From NCBI GenBank assembly GCA_965217185.1, contig OZ244252.1:960001-1024000 (forward strand): a stretch of 64,000 nt of DNA, written 5' to 3'. Positions within the stretch are counted from its first letter, which is position 1. Every line of letters starts with the position of its first letter. The DNA comes from an uncultured Candidatus Entotheonella sp. (lineage in GTDB: Bacteria > Tectomicrobia > Entotheonellia > Entotheonellales > Entotheonellaceae). Below are positions 27,006 to 38,765 of this stretch, piece after piece. The position numbers were made by a program, and so were the translations under genes. The notes beneath the pieces were generated by a model. The model saw only the letters and a program-made list of their open reading frames with translations, searched no databases and was not told where the DNA came from.

Positions 27006-28991
27006 GTGCCTTTGCTGCTGCGTGTTCTCTTGCTGGGCTTTATCTTCGCCTTCCCAGTGGTTACGCCTGTCGAGGCCCAGCTTTCCTTGGAGGATACGCT
27101 TCTTGGCATCCCAGAGGTCATAGTCCAAGGACGGGACTTCACGGTTGACGAGCAGGCGGGCCTAACGACATTCCGGGTCGATGTGCATGTGCCTGCGGAC
27201 CATCATGGGTATCTTGACAGGGGCGATGAGGGGCTCTTTATCCCATTGGCTTTTGCCTTCGATTCCTTGGAGGAACGCGGATTTCGAGTTACCGAGGTTT
27301 CACGTCCATCGGGCACCAGAGACGACATTGTTCACGCCACGGTGTTACGAGAAAGCGGTGCGTTCGAATTCTGGTTGGAAGCTCCCGACGACACGTTACC
27401 ACCAATAGGCACCTTCTCTGCAACACTACGCCACCAAATCTGCAACGACGTCACAAATATCTGTTACCCTCCAAAGGCTACGACCTTTCCATTACGCTTT
27501 GCAAAAGTAGCAGTCGACCAACCCTCCCCCGCCTTGGCAAACATCACGCAACAATCCTCCGCCCTCGCTCTCACATTGAGCGAACGCCTCACAGCATTAT
27601 TTCGACGTCATTTCGCTAATTTCCCCATGGCACTTCTTTTGGTGTTCTTGGCTGGCCTCATTGCTTCGGCAACGCCATGCGTGTACCCCGTCATTCCGAT
27701 CACGTCCGCGATACTCATGGCCCGAGGCGGAGGGGCACGACGTCTGGGGCAACTGAACGCTCTGGTTTATTTCTTGGGTATTACCTTTTTCTTTACCCTG
27801 CTCGGAATTTTCGCGGCCACCACAGGCACAGCCCTTTCAGCCCTTATGACCAGCGCATGGGTGAACCTGGCCTTTGCCGGACTATTCGCCTATTTCGGTT
27901 TAAGCATGATTGGGTTCTATGAATTTCAGTTTCTTACACCACTCATAGCCAAATTGGACAATACAGCAGGCCGGTGGGATGGATTCTTCGGCACCTTCTT
28001 GATGGGAACGACTGCGGGTCTCGTCATTTCTCCATGTGTAGGTCCCATTGCGGGAGCTATTCTGCTTGATATTACTGGCCAAGCGGCGGGCACCCAGCTG
28101 TCTGGAAGTATCAGTACGGCCGAAACCACATTGCGAGGCATTGGCCTAATGGCAAGTTTTGGCATGGGGTTGGGAATTCCTTTTCTCATGGTTGGGATGC
28201 TCAGTAACGGACTACCGCAGTCGGGCCCGTGGCTTACGAAGGTCAAAATTCTCCTTGGCGTTCCGATTCTTTACTTCGCTTATGTTTATTATCTCAAGGG
28301 AATGGAAACCGCGGCCGTACCGCCGAATATAGCTCATGCCATCCTTGTCGGAGGTCTGGCGATCGCGCTCGCCGTTTTTCTTGGCTTGTTTCATTCCTTG
28401 GGAGATGCCCCAGCACAGGGCCAGTTAGTCCGTCGCATTCTGGGGATCATTCTGCTTATCCTGGGGGTACATTTCCTCTACAATGGTTTAGGCCAATCGG
28501 GGATTCTGATCCCGGCGTCGGGAACAGGCCAACAAATGGCCGCGGAGGGGTTTACGCCACCCGAGGGAGGGGGAATCGGGGATTCCACTGCCTCGCAAGT
28601 GGAGTTTTCCGGGAATCTTCGCTGGTTGCGGGACTTTCCACTAGCTCAAGAGCAAGCCAGGGTCGAAGGCATGCCTCTTTTTGTAGACTTCTATGCGACT
28701 TGGTGCGCGAACTGCAAAGCCTTTCAGCGATTGGCAGAAAACAACGCCCAATTGAACAATGCCTTGCAGCAAGCCGTGCTTGTCAAAATCTACGACACGG
28801 ACGAAATCTTTGGGACCTTTCAACGGGACGAAAACTACCCGGAACTGGGTGGCGTGGGAGGCCAGCCGTTCCTACCGTTGTTTGCCATTTATTCCAACCG
28901 GGGCGACTTACACTGGAAGGGTCAGGATTATCGAGCTGTCGCCACAATCGTAAGTCAAATCGAAGCAGTAAAACAAATTGTCGTACCGTGA
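27006..28991 (+). CDS. DsbD-like thiol:disulfide interchange protein (DsbD-alpha + CcdA membrane domain + thioredoxin)
   Basis: QICNDVTNICYPP, TPCVYPVIPIT, SPCVGP, VDFYATWCANCK. Confidence 0.88.
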   Translation: MPLLLRVLLLGFIFAFPVVTPVEAQLSLEDTLLGIPEVIVQGRDFTVDEQAGLTTFRVDVHVPADHHGYLDRGDEGLFIPLAFAFDSLEERGFRVTEVSRPSGTRDDIVHATVLRESGAFEFWLEAPDDTLPPIGTFSATLRHQICNDVTNICYPPKATTFPLRFAKVAVDQPSPALANITQQSSALALTLSERLTALFRRHFANFPMALLLVFLAGLIASATPCVYPVIPITSAILMARGGGARRLGQLNALVYFLGITFFFTLLGIFAATTGTALSALMTSAWVNLAFAGLFAYFGLSMIGFYEFQFLTPLIAKLDNTAGRWDGFFGTFLMGTTAGLVISPCVGPIAGAILLDITGQAAGTQLSGSISTAETTLRGIGLMASFGMGLGIPFLMVGMLSNGLPQSGPWLTKVKILLGVPILYFAYVYYLKGMETAAVPPNIAHAILVGGLAIALAVFLGLFHSLGDAPAQGQLVRRILGIILLILGVHFLYNGLGQSGILIPASGTGQQMAAEGFTPPEGGGIGDSTASQVEFSGNLRWLRDFPLAQEQARVEGMPLFVDFYATWCANCKAFQRLAENNAQLNNALQQAVLVKIYDTDEIFGTFQRDENYPELGGVGGQPFLPLFAIYSNRGDLHWKGQDYRAVATIVSQIEAVKQIVVP

Positions 28992-30063
28992 CCCAACAGA
29001 CTTTCAACACACAAGACGGATTCCGGTTTTGGATCGCCATGATGTTTTGTTTCGTGAGCCTCCCCTGCCTGTTCCAAACCCCCAGTTCCCGGCTAACCGC
29101 CGAACCTGTCTCGCCTGCGTCATCGTCGTCAGAACAGGCGTTCTCTGCGGATCAGATGCTGGCCTTCGCAGCAGAATTGATGCGGGAAAGAGAGTACTAC
29201 CGCGCCATCACGGACAGACGATTTCTCTTCACCTTCCTGCATGACACACGGCGTTCTATGGCCCACTTTCGCGTGGGTTTGGCCTTCTATCGCGGTATGG
29301 ACTATGGCAAGGCTTGGAAGTCTTTGACGAGGTAGCCAAGCTGTATCCAGATACACCTTACGGCAAACAGGCATGGCTTTGGCAAGGCGAGTGTCTGATG
29401 CGGCAGGGGGCCAAATATGAGGCAGCGGAAGACTATTACGGTGCTGCCAAGCAACGCTTACCTGGGGCGGGGTTTGGAAACATGCTACTTACTGGCATGC
29501 TTGGCACTGCTGCATCAGCAGGAATGGCAAAAGGCCATGGAACAGTTTCTCAAAGCATTCCCATCCATAATTCGTTCCGCGAGCCAGCCCAACAAATATC
29601 CGAAGTAATTCTGGACGAAGGAGAATTGTCTCGGAAATCTCCCCTTCTAGCTGGCGTTTTATCGGCCACTTTACCGGGGAGCGGGCAGTTATATGTTGGA
29701 CGCCAAGGGGACGCGTTGCTGGCTTTTGTTCTGAACGGGTTATTCGTCGTGGGGATTGTAGAGGCACTGAATCATAACCAAGTAGCAACAGCGGGAGTTC
29801 TCAGCTCACTTGAGGCGGGGTGGTATGCGAGCAACATTTATGGAGCTATCAACGGCGCGCATAAGTACAATCGGTATCGTACGGAAACTTTCATACGAGG
29901 ATTGGAAGGCCAATTTCGTTACCATCCACCAGAACTTCCGCCGACAGAGAGGACCTTCGGAGTCGGATTAGGCTACGATTCTGAAGGACGATCCACCAAT
30001 TCCATCAATACCAACGGGGCGTTATCCCCCTGGCGGCGGCCAGCTTTCATGATGCGCGTATAA
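28988..30063 (+). pseudogene. Frameshifted TPR-repeat exported/membrane protein (pseudogene or sequencing errors)
   Basis: TPR-like and KSPLLAGVLSATLPGSGQLY segments are spread over three reading frames (ORFs 28229-29335, 29314-30063, 29417-29608). Confidence 0.6.
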
Positions 30064-30341
30064 CCACCCGGCCGTTGTCGATAGCGCGGCCCTAATTCAT
30101 CGAACACCTTTTTCACGACCGTCCGACTACGGACCCTTTTGAACGCCAGACGCCGGGCATGCAAGTCGCCACGCTTGCCCCAGGTAATGATCCGATCTAC
30201 CAAGCCACGCACCTCTTTGGCTTTCACCTCGGTTGTACGAATCCGTTCGTGAGTGAGCACCGCTACCGCTAAATTACAAAGCAGCGCCTTACGATGACTG
30301 CTCCGGCGGTGCAGACTTTTTCCTTTTTTCAGATGACGCAT
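29973..30341 (-). CDS. rplQ: 50S ribosomal protein L17
   Basis: MRHLKKG...HERIRTT..KAKE, RPGGYTRI. Confidence 0.96.
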   Translation of the reverse strand: MRHLKKGKSLHRRSSHRKALLCNLAVAVLTHERIRTTEVKAKEVRGLVDRIITWGKRGDLHARRLAFKRVRSRTVVKKVFDELGPRYRQRPGGYTRIMKAGRRQGDNAPLVLMELVDRPSES

Positions 30342-30369
30342 AATCTGCTCACTTTCCTTGCGAAGCGAC

Positions 30370-31359
30370 TCAGTTTGTTTTCCCTTGCCAATCCACGCCA
30401 TCCAGACTCATGCCGAGGCCCAAGTCCATACTGGTCAAGATCTCCTTGATTTCGTTAAGGGATTTGCGACCAAAATTTCGGGTCTTCAGCATCTCTGGCT
30501 CATTTCGTTGCACGAGTTCGCCGATGGTCTTGATATCGGCATTTTTCAGACAGTTGTAGGAACGAACCGACAACTCCAATTCATCAACACTACGGCTGAG
30601 TTTCTCAACCAACTTCTGCCGTACCTCATCCACTTCCGGGGCGTCCTGAACGGGATCTTCCCGAAAGTTAACGAAGATTTTCAAATGATCCTCAAGGATG
30701 ATGGCAGCTTGCGCAATAGCGTCCTCCGGGTGAATGCTCCCGTTAGTGTGGACTTCGAATATCAGCCGATCATAGTCAGTTGCGTAGCCCACGCGTGTGT
30801 TTTCTATGTGCATACCTACTCGGCGGACAGGGGAAAAAACCGCGTCCACGGGGATGACTTGCGGATCGGCGATTGATGCGGCATGCCTCTCGGCGGGGAC
30901 ATACCCTCGCCCCCTCTGGACATCCATGGCGATTTCCAATGTCGCATCTTTATTCAAGGTGGCGATATGAAGATCAGGGTTCAGAACTTCGACATCCGCA
31001 TCAGTGACGATTTGACTGGCTAGCACCTCGCCTGGCCCGGTAGCTCGTAACGAGAGTTGCTTTGGCTTGTCCACATGCATCTTCAAGAGCAATTCTTTAA
31101 TGTTGAGAATAATTTCCGTGGTGTCTTCCAAGACGCCCGGGATTGTCGAAAATTCGTGGTACACGCCCTGGATTTTTAGGGCGGTCACCGCAGCTCCCGT
31201 CAAAGAGGAGAGCAGCACACGGCGCAGAGCGTTACCAATCGTCACACCAAAACCACGTTCAAATGGCTCGGCCGTGAAACGCCCGTATGTATTGGTCAGC
31301 GAATCTCGATCGCTTTCGATACGCCTGGGTTTGTGAAAGCCAATCGACGTTGTCTCCAT
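30370..31359 (-). CDS. rpoA: RNA polymerase alpha subunit
   Basis: [42 protein letters not shown]. Confidence 0.97.
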   Translation of the reverse strand: METTSIGFHKPRRIESDRDSLTNTYGRFTAEPFERGFGVTIGNALRRVLLSSLTGAAVTALKIQGVYHEFSTIPGVLEDTTEIILNIKELLLKMHVDKPKQLSLRATGPGEVLASQIVTDADVEVLNPDLHIATLNKDATLEIAMDVQRGRGYVPAERHAASIADPQVIPVDAVFSPVRRVGMHIENTRVGYATDYDRLIFEVHTNGSIHPEDAIAQAAIILEDHLKIFVNFREDPVQDAPEVDEVRQKLVEKLSRSVDELELSVRSYNCLKNADIKTIGELVQRNEPEMLKTRNFGRKSLNEIKEILTSMDLGLGMSLDGVDWQGKTN

Positions 31360-31455
31360 GCTACAACGCTCCTTCTACGTTTCCCGAAACTTGTTGTGTT
31401 AAAAAGACACGGGGCGAGTACGACTGCACGAGGACATTGTTGGTAGGTCAGCCCT

Positions 31456-32082
31456 TTATTTCGAGTAGAGTTCAACTACAAGCTGTTCTTGGAATGACAG
31501 CGTGATGTCGTCTCGTTTCGGCAGCGCCTGCACCACACCACGCATGTTCTCCGTATCGACATGAACCCATTCAGGAATTTGTCTTTGGTCGTGACGCTGC
31601 ATGCCGCTACGGAGCACTTCTATTTCACGGCTCTTTTCTCGAGGTTCTACAACGTCACCCTGTTTGACAAGAAACGACGGGATGTTTGTTTTACGGCCGT
31701 TGACGCGGAAATGGCCGTGGCGAACAAGCTGCCGTGCTTGGGCGCGAGACTCAGCAAAGCCCATGACATAGAGGACATTATCCAATCGACGTTCCAAAAG
31801 TACCAAAAGCTCCGAACCCGTTACTTCCTTCGAACGTGATGCCCGTGCAAAATAACGTCTGAACTGAGATTCCAATACGCCATACGTCCGTTTGACCTTT
31901 TGCTTTTCACGCAATTGCAAGCCGTATTCCGAAAGTTTTGTCCGTCTCTGTCCATGTTGACCTGGAACGTAGTTGCGCCGGTTAATGGCGCATTTATCGC
32001 TCAAACAGCGATCGCCTTTGAGAAAAAGTTTCATGTTTTCCCGACGACACAATCGGCATACAGCATCCGTGTATCTTGCCAC
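31456..32082 (-). CDS. rpsD: 30S ribosomal protein S4
   Basis: [33 protein letters not shown]. Confidence 0.97.
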   Translation of the reverse strand: MARYTDAVCRLCRRENMKLFLKGDRCLSDKCAINRRNYVPGQHGQRRTKLSEYGLQLREKQKVKRTYGVLESQFRRYFARASRSKEVTGSELLVLLERRLDNVLYVMGFAESRAQARQLVRHGHFRVNGRKTNIPSFLVKQGDVVEPREKSREIEVLRSGMQRHDQRQIPEWVHVDTENMRGVVQALPKRDDITLSFQEQLVVELYSK

Positions 32083-32105
32083 GCTTGTTCTAACCTCCCT
32101 CTTCT

Positions 32106-32501
32106 CTAAACGCGCCGTTTTTTCGGTGGGCGCGGGCCATTGTGCGGTATCGGCGTTACATCGCGAATAACACTTACCTCAAGACCGGCTGCTTGCAATG
32201 CACGAACAGCAGCCTCGCGTCCCGAACCAGGTCCTTTAACCAATACATCCACTTTTCTCATGCCTTGATCAATCACCTTGCGAGCGACTTGCTCGGCGGC
32301 GGTTTGGGCCGCAAAAGGTGTGCTCTTACGCGAGCCTCGGAAACCCTGTCCGCCCGCGCTGGCCCAAGCCAACGCGTTGCCCCCGCCGTCGGTTATGGTA
32401 ATGATTGTGTTGTTGAAGGTCGATTTAACGTGCGCCACACCTTCTGCAACCGTACGCCGTTCACGGCGACGTTTCCCCTCTTTACGCCTTGACTCTGCCA
32501 T
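32106..32501 (-). CDS. rpsK: 30S ribosomal protein S11
   Basis: [38 protein letters not shown]. Confidence 0.97.
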   Translation of the reverse strand: MAESRRKEGKRRRERRTVAEGVAHVKSTFNNTIITITDGGGNALAWASAGGQGFRGSRKSTPFAAQTAAEQVARKVIDQGMRKVDVLVKGPGSGREAAVRALQAAGLEVSVIRDVTPIPHNGPRPPKKRRV

Positions 32502-32510
32502 GTATGCCCT

Positions 32511-32882
32511 CTATTTCTTGCCCTTGCGACCAATCGTACGCCGTGGGCCCTTACGTGTGCGAGAGTTGGTCCGGGTCCGTTGGCCTCGGACTGGCAATCC
32601 ACGACGATGTCTCAAGCCACGATAAGCTCCCACGTCCATGAGTCGTTTGATATTCATTGCCACTTCCCGACGTAAGTCGCCTTCTACGGAGTATTGCTCC
32701 TCGATCGCCTCACGGAGTCGGGTAATATCACTCTCGGTCAGTGCTCTTACACGTGTGTCGGGATCAACTGCCGTAGCTTGCAGTATCTTCTTCGCAGAAG
32801 TAGGGCCAATGCCGTAGATGTATGTCAAAGCGACTTCGACTCGTTTTTCGTTTGGAATGTCGGCTCCAGCTATACGAGCCAT
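32511..32882 (-). CDS. rpsM: 30S ribosomal protein S13
   Basis: [30 protein letters not shown]; true start 32882. Confidence 0.97.
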   Translation of the reverse strand: MARIAGADIPNEKRVEVALTYIYGIGPTSAKKILQATAVDPDTRVRALTESDITRLREAIEEQYSVEGDLRREVAMNIKRLMDVGAYRGLRHRRGLPVRGQRTRTNSRTRKGPRRTIGRKGKK

Positions 32883-32901
32883 CTTCTGTTCCCTTTCCTG
32901 T

Positions 32902-33015
32902 TTAGCCCTGCCGTTGCTTATGGCGCGAGTTTTCGCAAAGAACCCGCACAATACCCTTACGACGGACGACCTTGCACTTCGCACAGATCGGCTTCACCGA
33001 AGCACGAACTTTCAT
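32902..33015 (-). CDS. rpmJ: 50S ribosomal protein L36 (not in ORF track)
   Basis: Manual translation [37 protein letters not shown]. Confidence 0.96.
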   Translation of the reverse strand: MKVRASVKPICAKCKVVRRKGIVRVLCENSRHKQRQG

Positions 33016-33074
33016 GTTGTTACCCTCGTACTCAACGTCTCTTTGAGTTTTACTCACACAATCGCGACGCGACA

Positions 33075-33293
33075 TCACTTGAAGCGATAAACAATTCGCC
33101 CCCGAGTCAGGTCATAGGGTGACAGTTCCAATTTCACCTTATCTCCAGGGAGAATACGGATGAAATGCATTCGCATCCGGCCCGAAATATGCGCCAAGAC
33201 TACATGCTTGTTCTCAAGCTCTACCTTAAACATGGCATTAGGTAAAGGCTCGAGCACCGTGCCTTCAACAGCTATAGTTTCTTCCTTTTCCAT
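33075..33293 (-). CDS. infA: Translation initiation factor IF-1
   Basis: [41 protein letters not shown]. Confidence 0.97.
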   Translation of the reverse strand: MEKEETIAVEGTVLEPLPNAMFKVELENKHVVLAHISGRMRMHFIRILPGDKVKLELSPYDLTRGRIVYRFK

Positions 33294-33324
33294 AATCTCC
33301 AAAGTGCCGTAATAGTGTCGCTTG

Positions 33325-34074
33325 TCAAAGCTGACTGAGGATGATGCCGCCCCCTTCAGCTACTGTAATGGTGTGCTCAAAATGAGCCGACGGCTTGCCG
33401 TCGTCGGTAATGACAGTCCAATTATCCTTCAGGATATGCACGTCACAAGTACCCAGATTCAACATGGGTTCCAGTGCCAACACCATGCCTTCACGTAAGC
33501 GTGGCCCACGCCTCGGTGGGCCAAAGTTGGGAACCTGTGGTTCTTCATGCAACTCCGTGCCAATACCGTGTCCAACAAAATCCTTCACAACCCCATAACC
33601 TCGCTGTTCAGCGAAAGTTTGAATTGTGTGCGAAATATCGGACAGGTAATTGCCGATTCGGGCTTGAGTAATTCCCGCATTCAGAGCACCGCGGGTGTCC
33701 TCGATAAGGGACTGCAAGTCCTGATCGATAGTGCCAACAGGGAAAGTGATGGCGTGATCTCCATAATAGCCATCGACAATTGCACCGCAGTCGACCCCGA
33801 TGATATCGCCGTCTCTTAGCTTCCGTTGCTTGGATGGAATACCATGTACAACCTCGGAATTAATGGAGGTGCACAACGTTGCAGGAAATCCTCGATAACC
33901 CTTAAATGCCGAATGGCCCCCCTGTTTACGAATGAAAGCCTCGGCAGTACGATCAAGTTCGTCCGTGGTTCTCCCAGGCTCAATCATTGGCTGCAAGCGT
34001 TGCAGCGTCTCCGCCACTAACTGGCAACTTTCCCTAATCCTTTCAATTTCGCGTGGCGATCGATAGGTAATCAT
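33325..34074 (-). CDS. map: Methionine aminopeptidase type I
   Basis: [15 protein letters not shown]...YYGD, GHGIG..LHEEP, EPM, SAHFEHT. Confidence 0.96.
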   Translation of the reverse strand: MITYRSPREIERIRESCQLVAETLQRLQPMIEPGRTTDELDRTAEAFIRKQGGHSAFKGYRGFPATLCTSINSEVVHGIPSKQRKLRDGDIIGVDCGAIVDGYYGDHAITFPVGTIDQDLQSLIEDTRGALNAGITQARIGNYLSDISHTIQTFAEQRGYGVVKDFVGHGIGTELHEEPQVPNFGPPRRGPRLREGMVLALEPMLNLGTCDVHILKDNWTVITDDGKPSAHFEHTITVAEGGGIILSQL

Positions 34075-34076
34075 GT

Positions 34077-35393
34077 CTACCGGCGGCCTTTCAGCCGCCC
34101 TTTTTTCATGAATGTATCGTAGTGGCGCATGACCAAATGAGACTCCACTTGTTGCATTGTGTCCATAGCTACACCAACCACGATGAGGAGCCCTGTGCCG
34201 CCGAAGAAAAAGGGCACTTGAAGAAATAACACTAAGTAAGTGGGAAGAATGACGATGAACGACAAATAAAGTGCGCCGGCCAAGGTTAGCCGCGACAACG
34301 TGCGGTCAATAAACTCCGCCGTCCTCTTGCCCGGGCGGATACCCGGTACATACCCTCCATATTTCCGCATATTGTCCGCAACATCAACAGGATTAAAAAT
34401 GATAGCCGTATAAAAATAGGCAAAAAATATGATCAAGATCACGGTCAGGACAGAATAGAGCAGAGTTCCAGGCGAGAGTTGTTGAACAATCGTGTCCAAT
34501 ATACCACCGGCGTTCTGACCGCCGGCGAACTGGGCAATCGTCGCAGGGAAAACCATGATAGAAGAGGCAAAAATAGGTGGGATAACGCCTGAAGTGTTAA
34601 TCTTCAGCGGCAAATGGGTATTCTGGCCGCCATACATACGCCGTCCGACCACACGTTTCGCGTACTGAATCGGGATCTTCCGATGACCCGCCTCCATAAA
34701 AACGATAGCAGCTACTACGGCGACCATCACGACGAGGAGAAGAAGAAAGAGAAAAGGACTCAGCTCTCCTAAACGCAATTGAGTCCACGTAGAACTTGCG
34801 GCGGATGGCATCCCGGAAACGATTCCGGCAAAAATCAGAAGTGATATCCCATTACCAATGCCACGCTCTGTAATTTGTTCCCCCAGCCACATGAGGAATG
34901 TCGTACCCGCGGTCAACGTAAGCATCGTCATCACCCTAAATCCCCAGCCGGAGACCGGTACGACTGATGCCCCGCCGACTTCCATATTTTCAAGGCCAAT
35001 GGAAATGCCCAAGCCTTGGATCAGACTAAGTGCCACAGTACCATAGCGGGTATACTGGTTAATCTTTTTTCGTCCTTGCTCTCCCTCTTTCTTCAGTCTT
35101 TCCAGGTGTGGCACAACAACCGTAAGCAGTTCAAGAATAATAGATGCACTAATGTATGGCATAATGCCCAGCGCGAACACCGCCATTTGTTGCAAGGCGC
35201 CACCTGAAAACATGTTGAAGAATCCCAGGATGGTACCTTGCATGCTTTCGAAATACCGGGTCAAAGCTTGGCCGTCAATACCTGGCGTTGGAATGAAGGC
35301 TCCTACACGAAAAACTGCAAGCAATGCGAAGGTGTAGAGGATTCGTTTCCTCAATTCTGGAATCTTGAATACGTTTTGAACCCCATCGATCAT
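34077..35393 (-). CDS. secY: Preprotein translocase subunit SecY
   Basis: FALGIMPYISASII, WLGEQITERGIGNGISL, PGIRPG, GGTGLLIVVGV. Confidence 0.97.
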   Translation of the reverse strand: MIDGVQNVFKIPELRKRILYTFALLAVFRVGAFIPTPGIDGQALTRYFESMQGTILGFFNMFSGGALQQMAVFALGIMPYISASIILELLTVVVPHLERLKKEGEQGRKKINQYTRYGTVALSLIQGLGISIGLENMEVGGASVVPVSGWGFRVMTMLTLTAGTTFLMWLGEQITERGIGNGISLLIFAGIVSGMPSAASSTWTQLRLGELSPFLFLLLLVVMVAVVAAIVFMEAGHRKIPIQYAKRVVGRRMYGGQNTHLPLKINTSGVIPPIFASSIMVFPATIAQFAGGQNAGGILDTIVQQLSPGTLLYSVLTVILIIFFAYFYTAIIFNPVDVADNMRKYGGYVPGIRPGKRTAEFIDRTLSRLTLAGALYLSFIVILPTYLVLFLQVPFFFGGTGLLIVVGVAMDTMQQVESHLVMRHYDTFMKKGRLKGRR

Positions 35394-35839
35394 GCAGGTC
35401 CCTCCTCCACATTCCCACCGGCATCTACAATTTTTTGCTTGGCAGTTTGACTGAGTTTATCCGCCTTTATGGTCAAAGAAACAGATAGATCGCCTTCTCC
35501 CAATATCTTAACCGGTTTCCTTAGGGATCTAATCTTCCCAGCTTCTTGCAGCACTGAAGGCGTTACCACAGTCTGGCTCTCAAAGGAATTCAGATCGCCC
35601 ACGTTAACAATCTGATATTCAACCTTAAAGATATTAGTGAAACCCCGTTTTGGGAGGCGTCTCTGTAAAGGCATTTGGCCACCTTCGAATCTGGGACCGC
35701 GACGACCTCCAGAACGTGCGTTCTGCCCTTTGTGCCCGTGCGAGGCCGTCTTGCCGTGACCCGAACCAGGGCCGCGACCTACACGTTTGGGCGTCCTACG
35801 GGCACCGACCGGGGGATGAAGAGAACTGAGTGTTGCCAT
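35390..35839 (-). CDS. rplO: 50S ribosomal protein L15
   Basis: RVGRGPGSGHGKT, FEGGQMPLQRRLPKRGF. Confidence 0.97.
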   Translation of the reverse strand: MATLSSLHPPVGARRTPKRVGRGPGSGHGKTASHGHKGQNARSGGRRGPRFEGGQMPLQRRLPKRGFTNIFKVEYQIVNVGDLNSFESQTVVTPSVLQEAGKIRSLRKPVKILGEGDLSVSLTIKADKLSQTAKQKIVDAGGNVEEGPA

Positions 35840-35872
35840 ATTGTCTCCGAAGAAGGCTCGTATCGTATCCTC

Positions 35873-36058
35873 TTATGATTCAATGCGGATCAAATGCCTC
35901 ACCTTATCGATCATGCCTCGAGTTTGAGGAGTGTCCGGCAATTCAACCACCTTTTGCAACTTGGTTAATCCCATTCCGCGCAGCACAAACCGCTGTTTTT
36001 CAGGCCGGCCAATTGCACTTCGTGTCAAACGTATTGCGATCTTCTTGCTGCTTGCCAT
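35873..36058 (-). CDS. rpmD: 50S ribosomal protein L30
   Basis: LTRSAIGR, DTPQTRGMIDKVRHL; position in spc operon. Confidence 0.93.
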   Translation of the reverse strand: MASSKKIAIRLTRSAIGRPEKQRFVLRGMGLTKLQKVVELPDTPQTRGMIDKVRHLIRIES

Positions 36059-36060
36059 TG

Positions 36061-36573
36061 TTAAGACCTCTGCCGAATTCGTAGCTCTTCATATTCAATA
36101 TTGCGCACCCGGGCAATTTCGCGACTACTCCGTAACTGCTGCAGCCCTTCCATCGTGGCCTTAACGACGTTGTGGGGATTATTTGTTCCGAGGGATTTGG
36201 TCAGGATATCACCTATCCCCACAGCCTCCAGGACAGCGCGAACAGGGCCACCCGCCGTAATCCCAGTGCCACGAGCAGCGGGTTTGAGCAACACACGACC
36301 TGCTCCGTAGTGGCCCAAAACGCTGTGCGGGATAGTTGTGCCAGCTAACGGGACAGCGTATAGATTCTTTTTGGCTTTGTCTACGGCTTTTCGAATGGCT
36401 TCTGGCACCTCATTCGCTTTGCCAAGCCCAACGCCAACCCGACCAGCACGGTTGCCTACCACTACAAGGGCGCTGAAACTGAAACGCCTGCCGCCCTTTA
36501 CGACCTTCGCCACCCGATTCACGTGCACAATTTTATCGACGTATTCGGTTTGCCCAGCACCTGTTTCGACCAC
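36061..36573 (-). CDS. rpsE: 30S ribosomal protein S5
   Basis: [36 protein letters not shown]. Confidence 0.97.
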   Translation of the reverse strand: MVETGAGQTEYVDKIVHVNRVAKVVKGGRRFSFSALVVVGNRAGRVGVGLGKANEVPEAIRKAVDKAKKNLYAVPLAGTTIPHSVLGHYGAGRVLLKPAARGTGITAGGPVRAVLEAVGIGDILTKSLGTNNPHNVVKATMEGLQQLRSSREIARVRNIEYEELRIRQRS

Positions 36574-36612
36574 CCACTCTCCTTCGCCATGATGTTTTTG
36601 CGCTTACGATGG

Positions 36613-36981
36613 CTAAAATTCCAGGCCATTCTCACGTGCTGCCGCCGCCACAGCCTTCACACGCCCATGATAGAGAAAACCATTACGGTCAAACACGACA
36701 CGCTGGATACCCTTCTCTTTGGCTTTTCCTGCAACCATTGCCCCGACAAGGTTTGCTCCCGCAACATTACCACCATTTACACCCGTGGCGCGGAACTCTC
36801 CAGTCACACTCGACGCAGAAACCAAAACACGATTTGATACATCATCTATGATCTGTGCGTATACATGTTTTGCACTTCGGAATACCGAAAGTCGTGGCCT
36901 TTGTGGCGTACCTCGAACTTTAACCCGTACCCGTCTTCTCCGTCGCTCCCGTGCGTGCAGTCTATTTCCCGGATTGCCCAT
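36613..36981 (-). CDS. rplR: 50S ribosomal protein L18
   Basis: [41 protein letters not shown]. Confidence 0.97.
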   Translation of the reverse strand: MGNPGNRLHARERRRRRVRVKVRGTPQRPRLSVFRSAKHVYAQIIDDVSNRVLVSASSVTGEFRATGVNGGNVAGANLVGAMVAGKAKEKGIQRVVFDRNGFLYHGRVKAVAAAARENGLEF

Positions 36982-36985
36982 GATG

Positions 36986-37516
36986 TTATGACTTACCCTC
37001 CTTGCGACGGATAATCTCCTTGGGGTATTTGATCCCCTTTCCCTTATAAGGTTCCGGCTTTCGTATAGCGCGTATATTGGCTGCCGTCTGCCCCACCAAT
37101 TCCTTGTTGATTCCCCGGACTGTAATAAGAGACCGATTCAACTCGAATTCGATACCTTCAGGCGCTTCATAGTTAATCGGGTGGGAATGCCCCAATTGCA
37201 ATGTCAGAGTACGATTTTGCAACTGCGCCCGAAATCCACCCCAAACAATTTCCAGTTGTTTTTCATACCCGGTTGTTACTCCTACTATCATGTTGTCCAA
37301 CAAGGTCCGAGTAAGACCGTGAAGGGACTTATCCAATTTGGCATCACTTTGCCGCAACACCGTGATCTGATTACCCTCCTGACGTAACCCAACGCGTGGG
37401 TGCAGCGTACGGGCTAAGGTTCCCTTAGGTCCCTTGACCTCCACAAAATTGTCGTCATCAAGTCGCACACCTACATCTGTAGGAATAACTACGGGCATCC
37501 GGCCAATCCGTGACAT
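36986..37516 (-). CDS. rplF: 50S ribosomal protein L6
   Basis: [26 protein letters not shown]. Confidence 0.97.
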   Translation of the reverse strand: MSRIGRMPVVIPTDVGVRLDDDNFVEVKGPKGTLARTLHPRVGLRQEGNQITVLRQSDAKLDKSLHGLTRTLLDNMIVGVTTGYEKQLEIVWGGFRAQLQNRTLTLQLGHSHPINYEAPEGIEFELNRSLITVRGINKELVGQTAANIRAIRKPEPYKGKGIKYPKEIIRRKEGKS

Positions 37517-37537
37517 CGTATCAACCCCTTCGATCCA

Positions 37538-37936
37538 CTACCAAACGAAGCAAACAACTTCTCCGCCCACATTTTCCGCAATGCACTGCCGGTCAGTCAA
37601 AAGCCCTTGGGATGTTGAAACAACGGCGATACCAGTACCTTCCAAGACCCTCGGCATTGCCTTGCACGAAACATAATGACGTTTCCCTGGTGTACTTATT
37701 TTTCGTAAACCACGAATAACACTTCCGCTCGTCGAATCGTACTTTAGTACAATCTCCAAAAGGCTCTGCGGACGCGACTCCTTCTGCATGTTGAAATTAT
37801 GGATATAACCTTCCTGTTTCAGAAGCCGTGCGATTGCCAACTTCATTCGGGATGAAGGCATAAGAACCCGCTCATGTTGCACCGCTATGGCATTGCGCAT
37901 CCGCGTTAACATGTCAGCAATAGGATCAGTCATCAT
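37538..37936 (-). CDS. rpsH: 30S ribosomal protein S8
   Basis: MTDPIADMLTRMRNA, STSQG, GGEVVCFVW. Confidence 0.97.
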   Translation of the reverse strand: MMTDPIADMLTRMRNAIAVQHERVLMPSSRMKLAIARLLKQEGYIHNFNMQKESRPQSLLEIVLKYDSTSGSVIRGLRKISTPGKRHYVSCKAMPRVLEGTGIAVVSTSQGLLTDRQCIAENVGGEVVCFVW

Positions 37937-37975
37937 ATGAAGGCCACTCCAACCAATCAGCTTGTAAAGGGCACA

Positions 37976-38161
37976 TTACCAACTAGACTTTACAACTCCG
38001 GGAATCTCACCCCGCAAGGCCAGATCACGAAAATGAATCCGGCATAAGGCAAACTTGCGTAAGTACCCACGGGACCTTCCACACAGACGACAACGTGAGT
38101 ATTGTCGTACTTTGAACTTAGGTGCCCTGTTGGCTTTGTTAATCAATGCTTTCTTGGCCAT
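37976..38161 (-). CDS. rpsN: 30S ribosomal protein S14, short zinc-binding type
   Basis: 61 aa, RCRLCGR...LCRIHFR...[11 protein letters not shown]. Confidence 0.96.
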   Translation of the reverse strand: MAKKALINKANRAPKFKVRQYSRCRLCGRSRGYLRKFALCRIHFRDLALRGEIPGVVKSSW

Positions 38162-38190
38162 GTCTACCTCTTGTTCCTGACGCCTGACCT

Positions 38191-38739
38191 TTAAGTTCGG
38201 AAAGGCATCCCGAGTAATCGAAGAAGCTCACGACCCTCTGCATCGGTCCGAGCCGAGCTAACTATTGTAACGGCGATACCTTTGATCTTCTCAATCTTAT
38301 CGTAGTCAATTTCTGGGAAAATCACTTGTTCTTCGACTCCCAGCGTGAAATTTCCACGACCATCAAAAGCATTGGCGGTAACGCCGCGAAAGTCGCGCAC
38401 ACGGGGTAGCGCGACATTGACCAAGCGATCAAAGAAATCATACATTCGGTCTCGCCGTAGGGTTACCTTCACGCCGATGGACATGCCCTCGCGCAACTTG
38501 TACGCGGCGATCGATTTCCGTGCCTTGGTGATAACTGGCTTTTGACCTGAGATGATAGCAAGCTGCTCCATTCCGCCGTCCAGCAGCTTTGCATTTTGAA
38601 TTGCCTCTCCAAGCCCCATGTTCAACACAATTTTATTAAGCCTTGGAACTTCCATGATATTGCCGTAGCCAAGCCGTTGCTGTAACGCAGGCACAACTTC
38701 ATCAAGATAATACTGATGTATTCGCGACACATAGGCCAT
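38191..38739 (-). CDS. rplE: 50S ribosomal protein L5
   Basis: [32 protein letters not shown]. Confidence 0.97.
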   Translation of the reverse strand: MAYVSRIHQYYLDEVVPALQQRLGYGNIMEVPRLNKIVLNMGLGEAIQNAKLLDGGMEQLAIISGQKPVITKARKSIAAYKLREGMSIGVKVTLRRDRMYDFFDRLVNVALPRVRDFRGVTANAFDGRGNFTLGVEEQVIFPEIDYDKIEKIKGIAVTIVSSARTDAEGRELLRLLGMPFRT

Positions 38740-38765
38740 ACTTTACGACCTCTCCCCTGTTTTCA

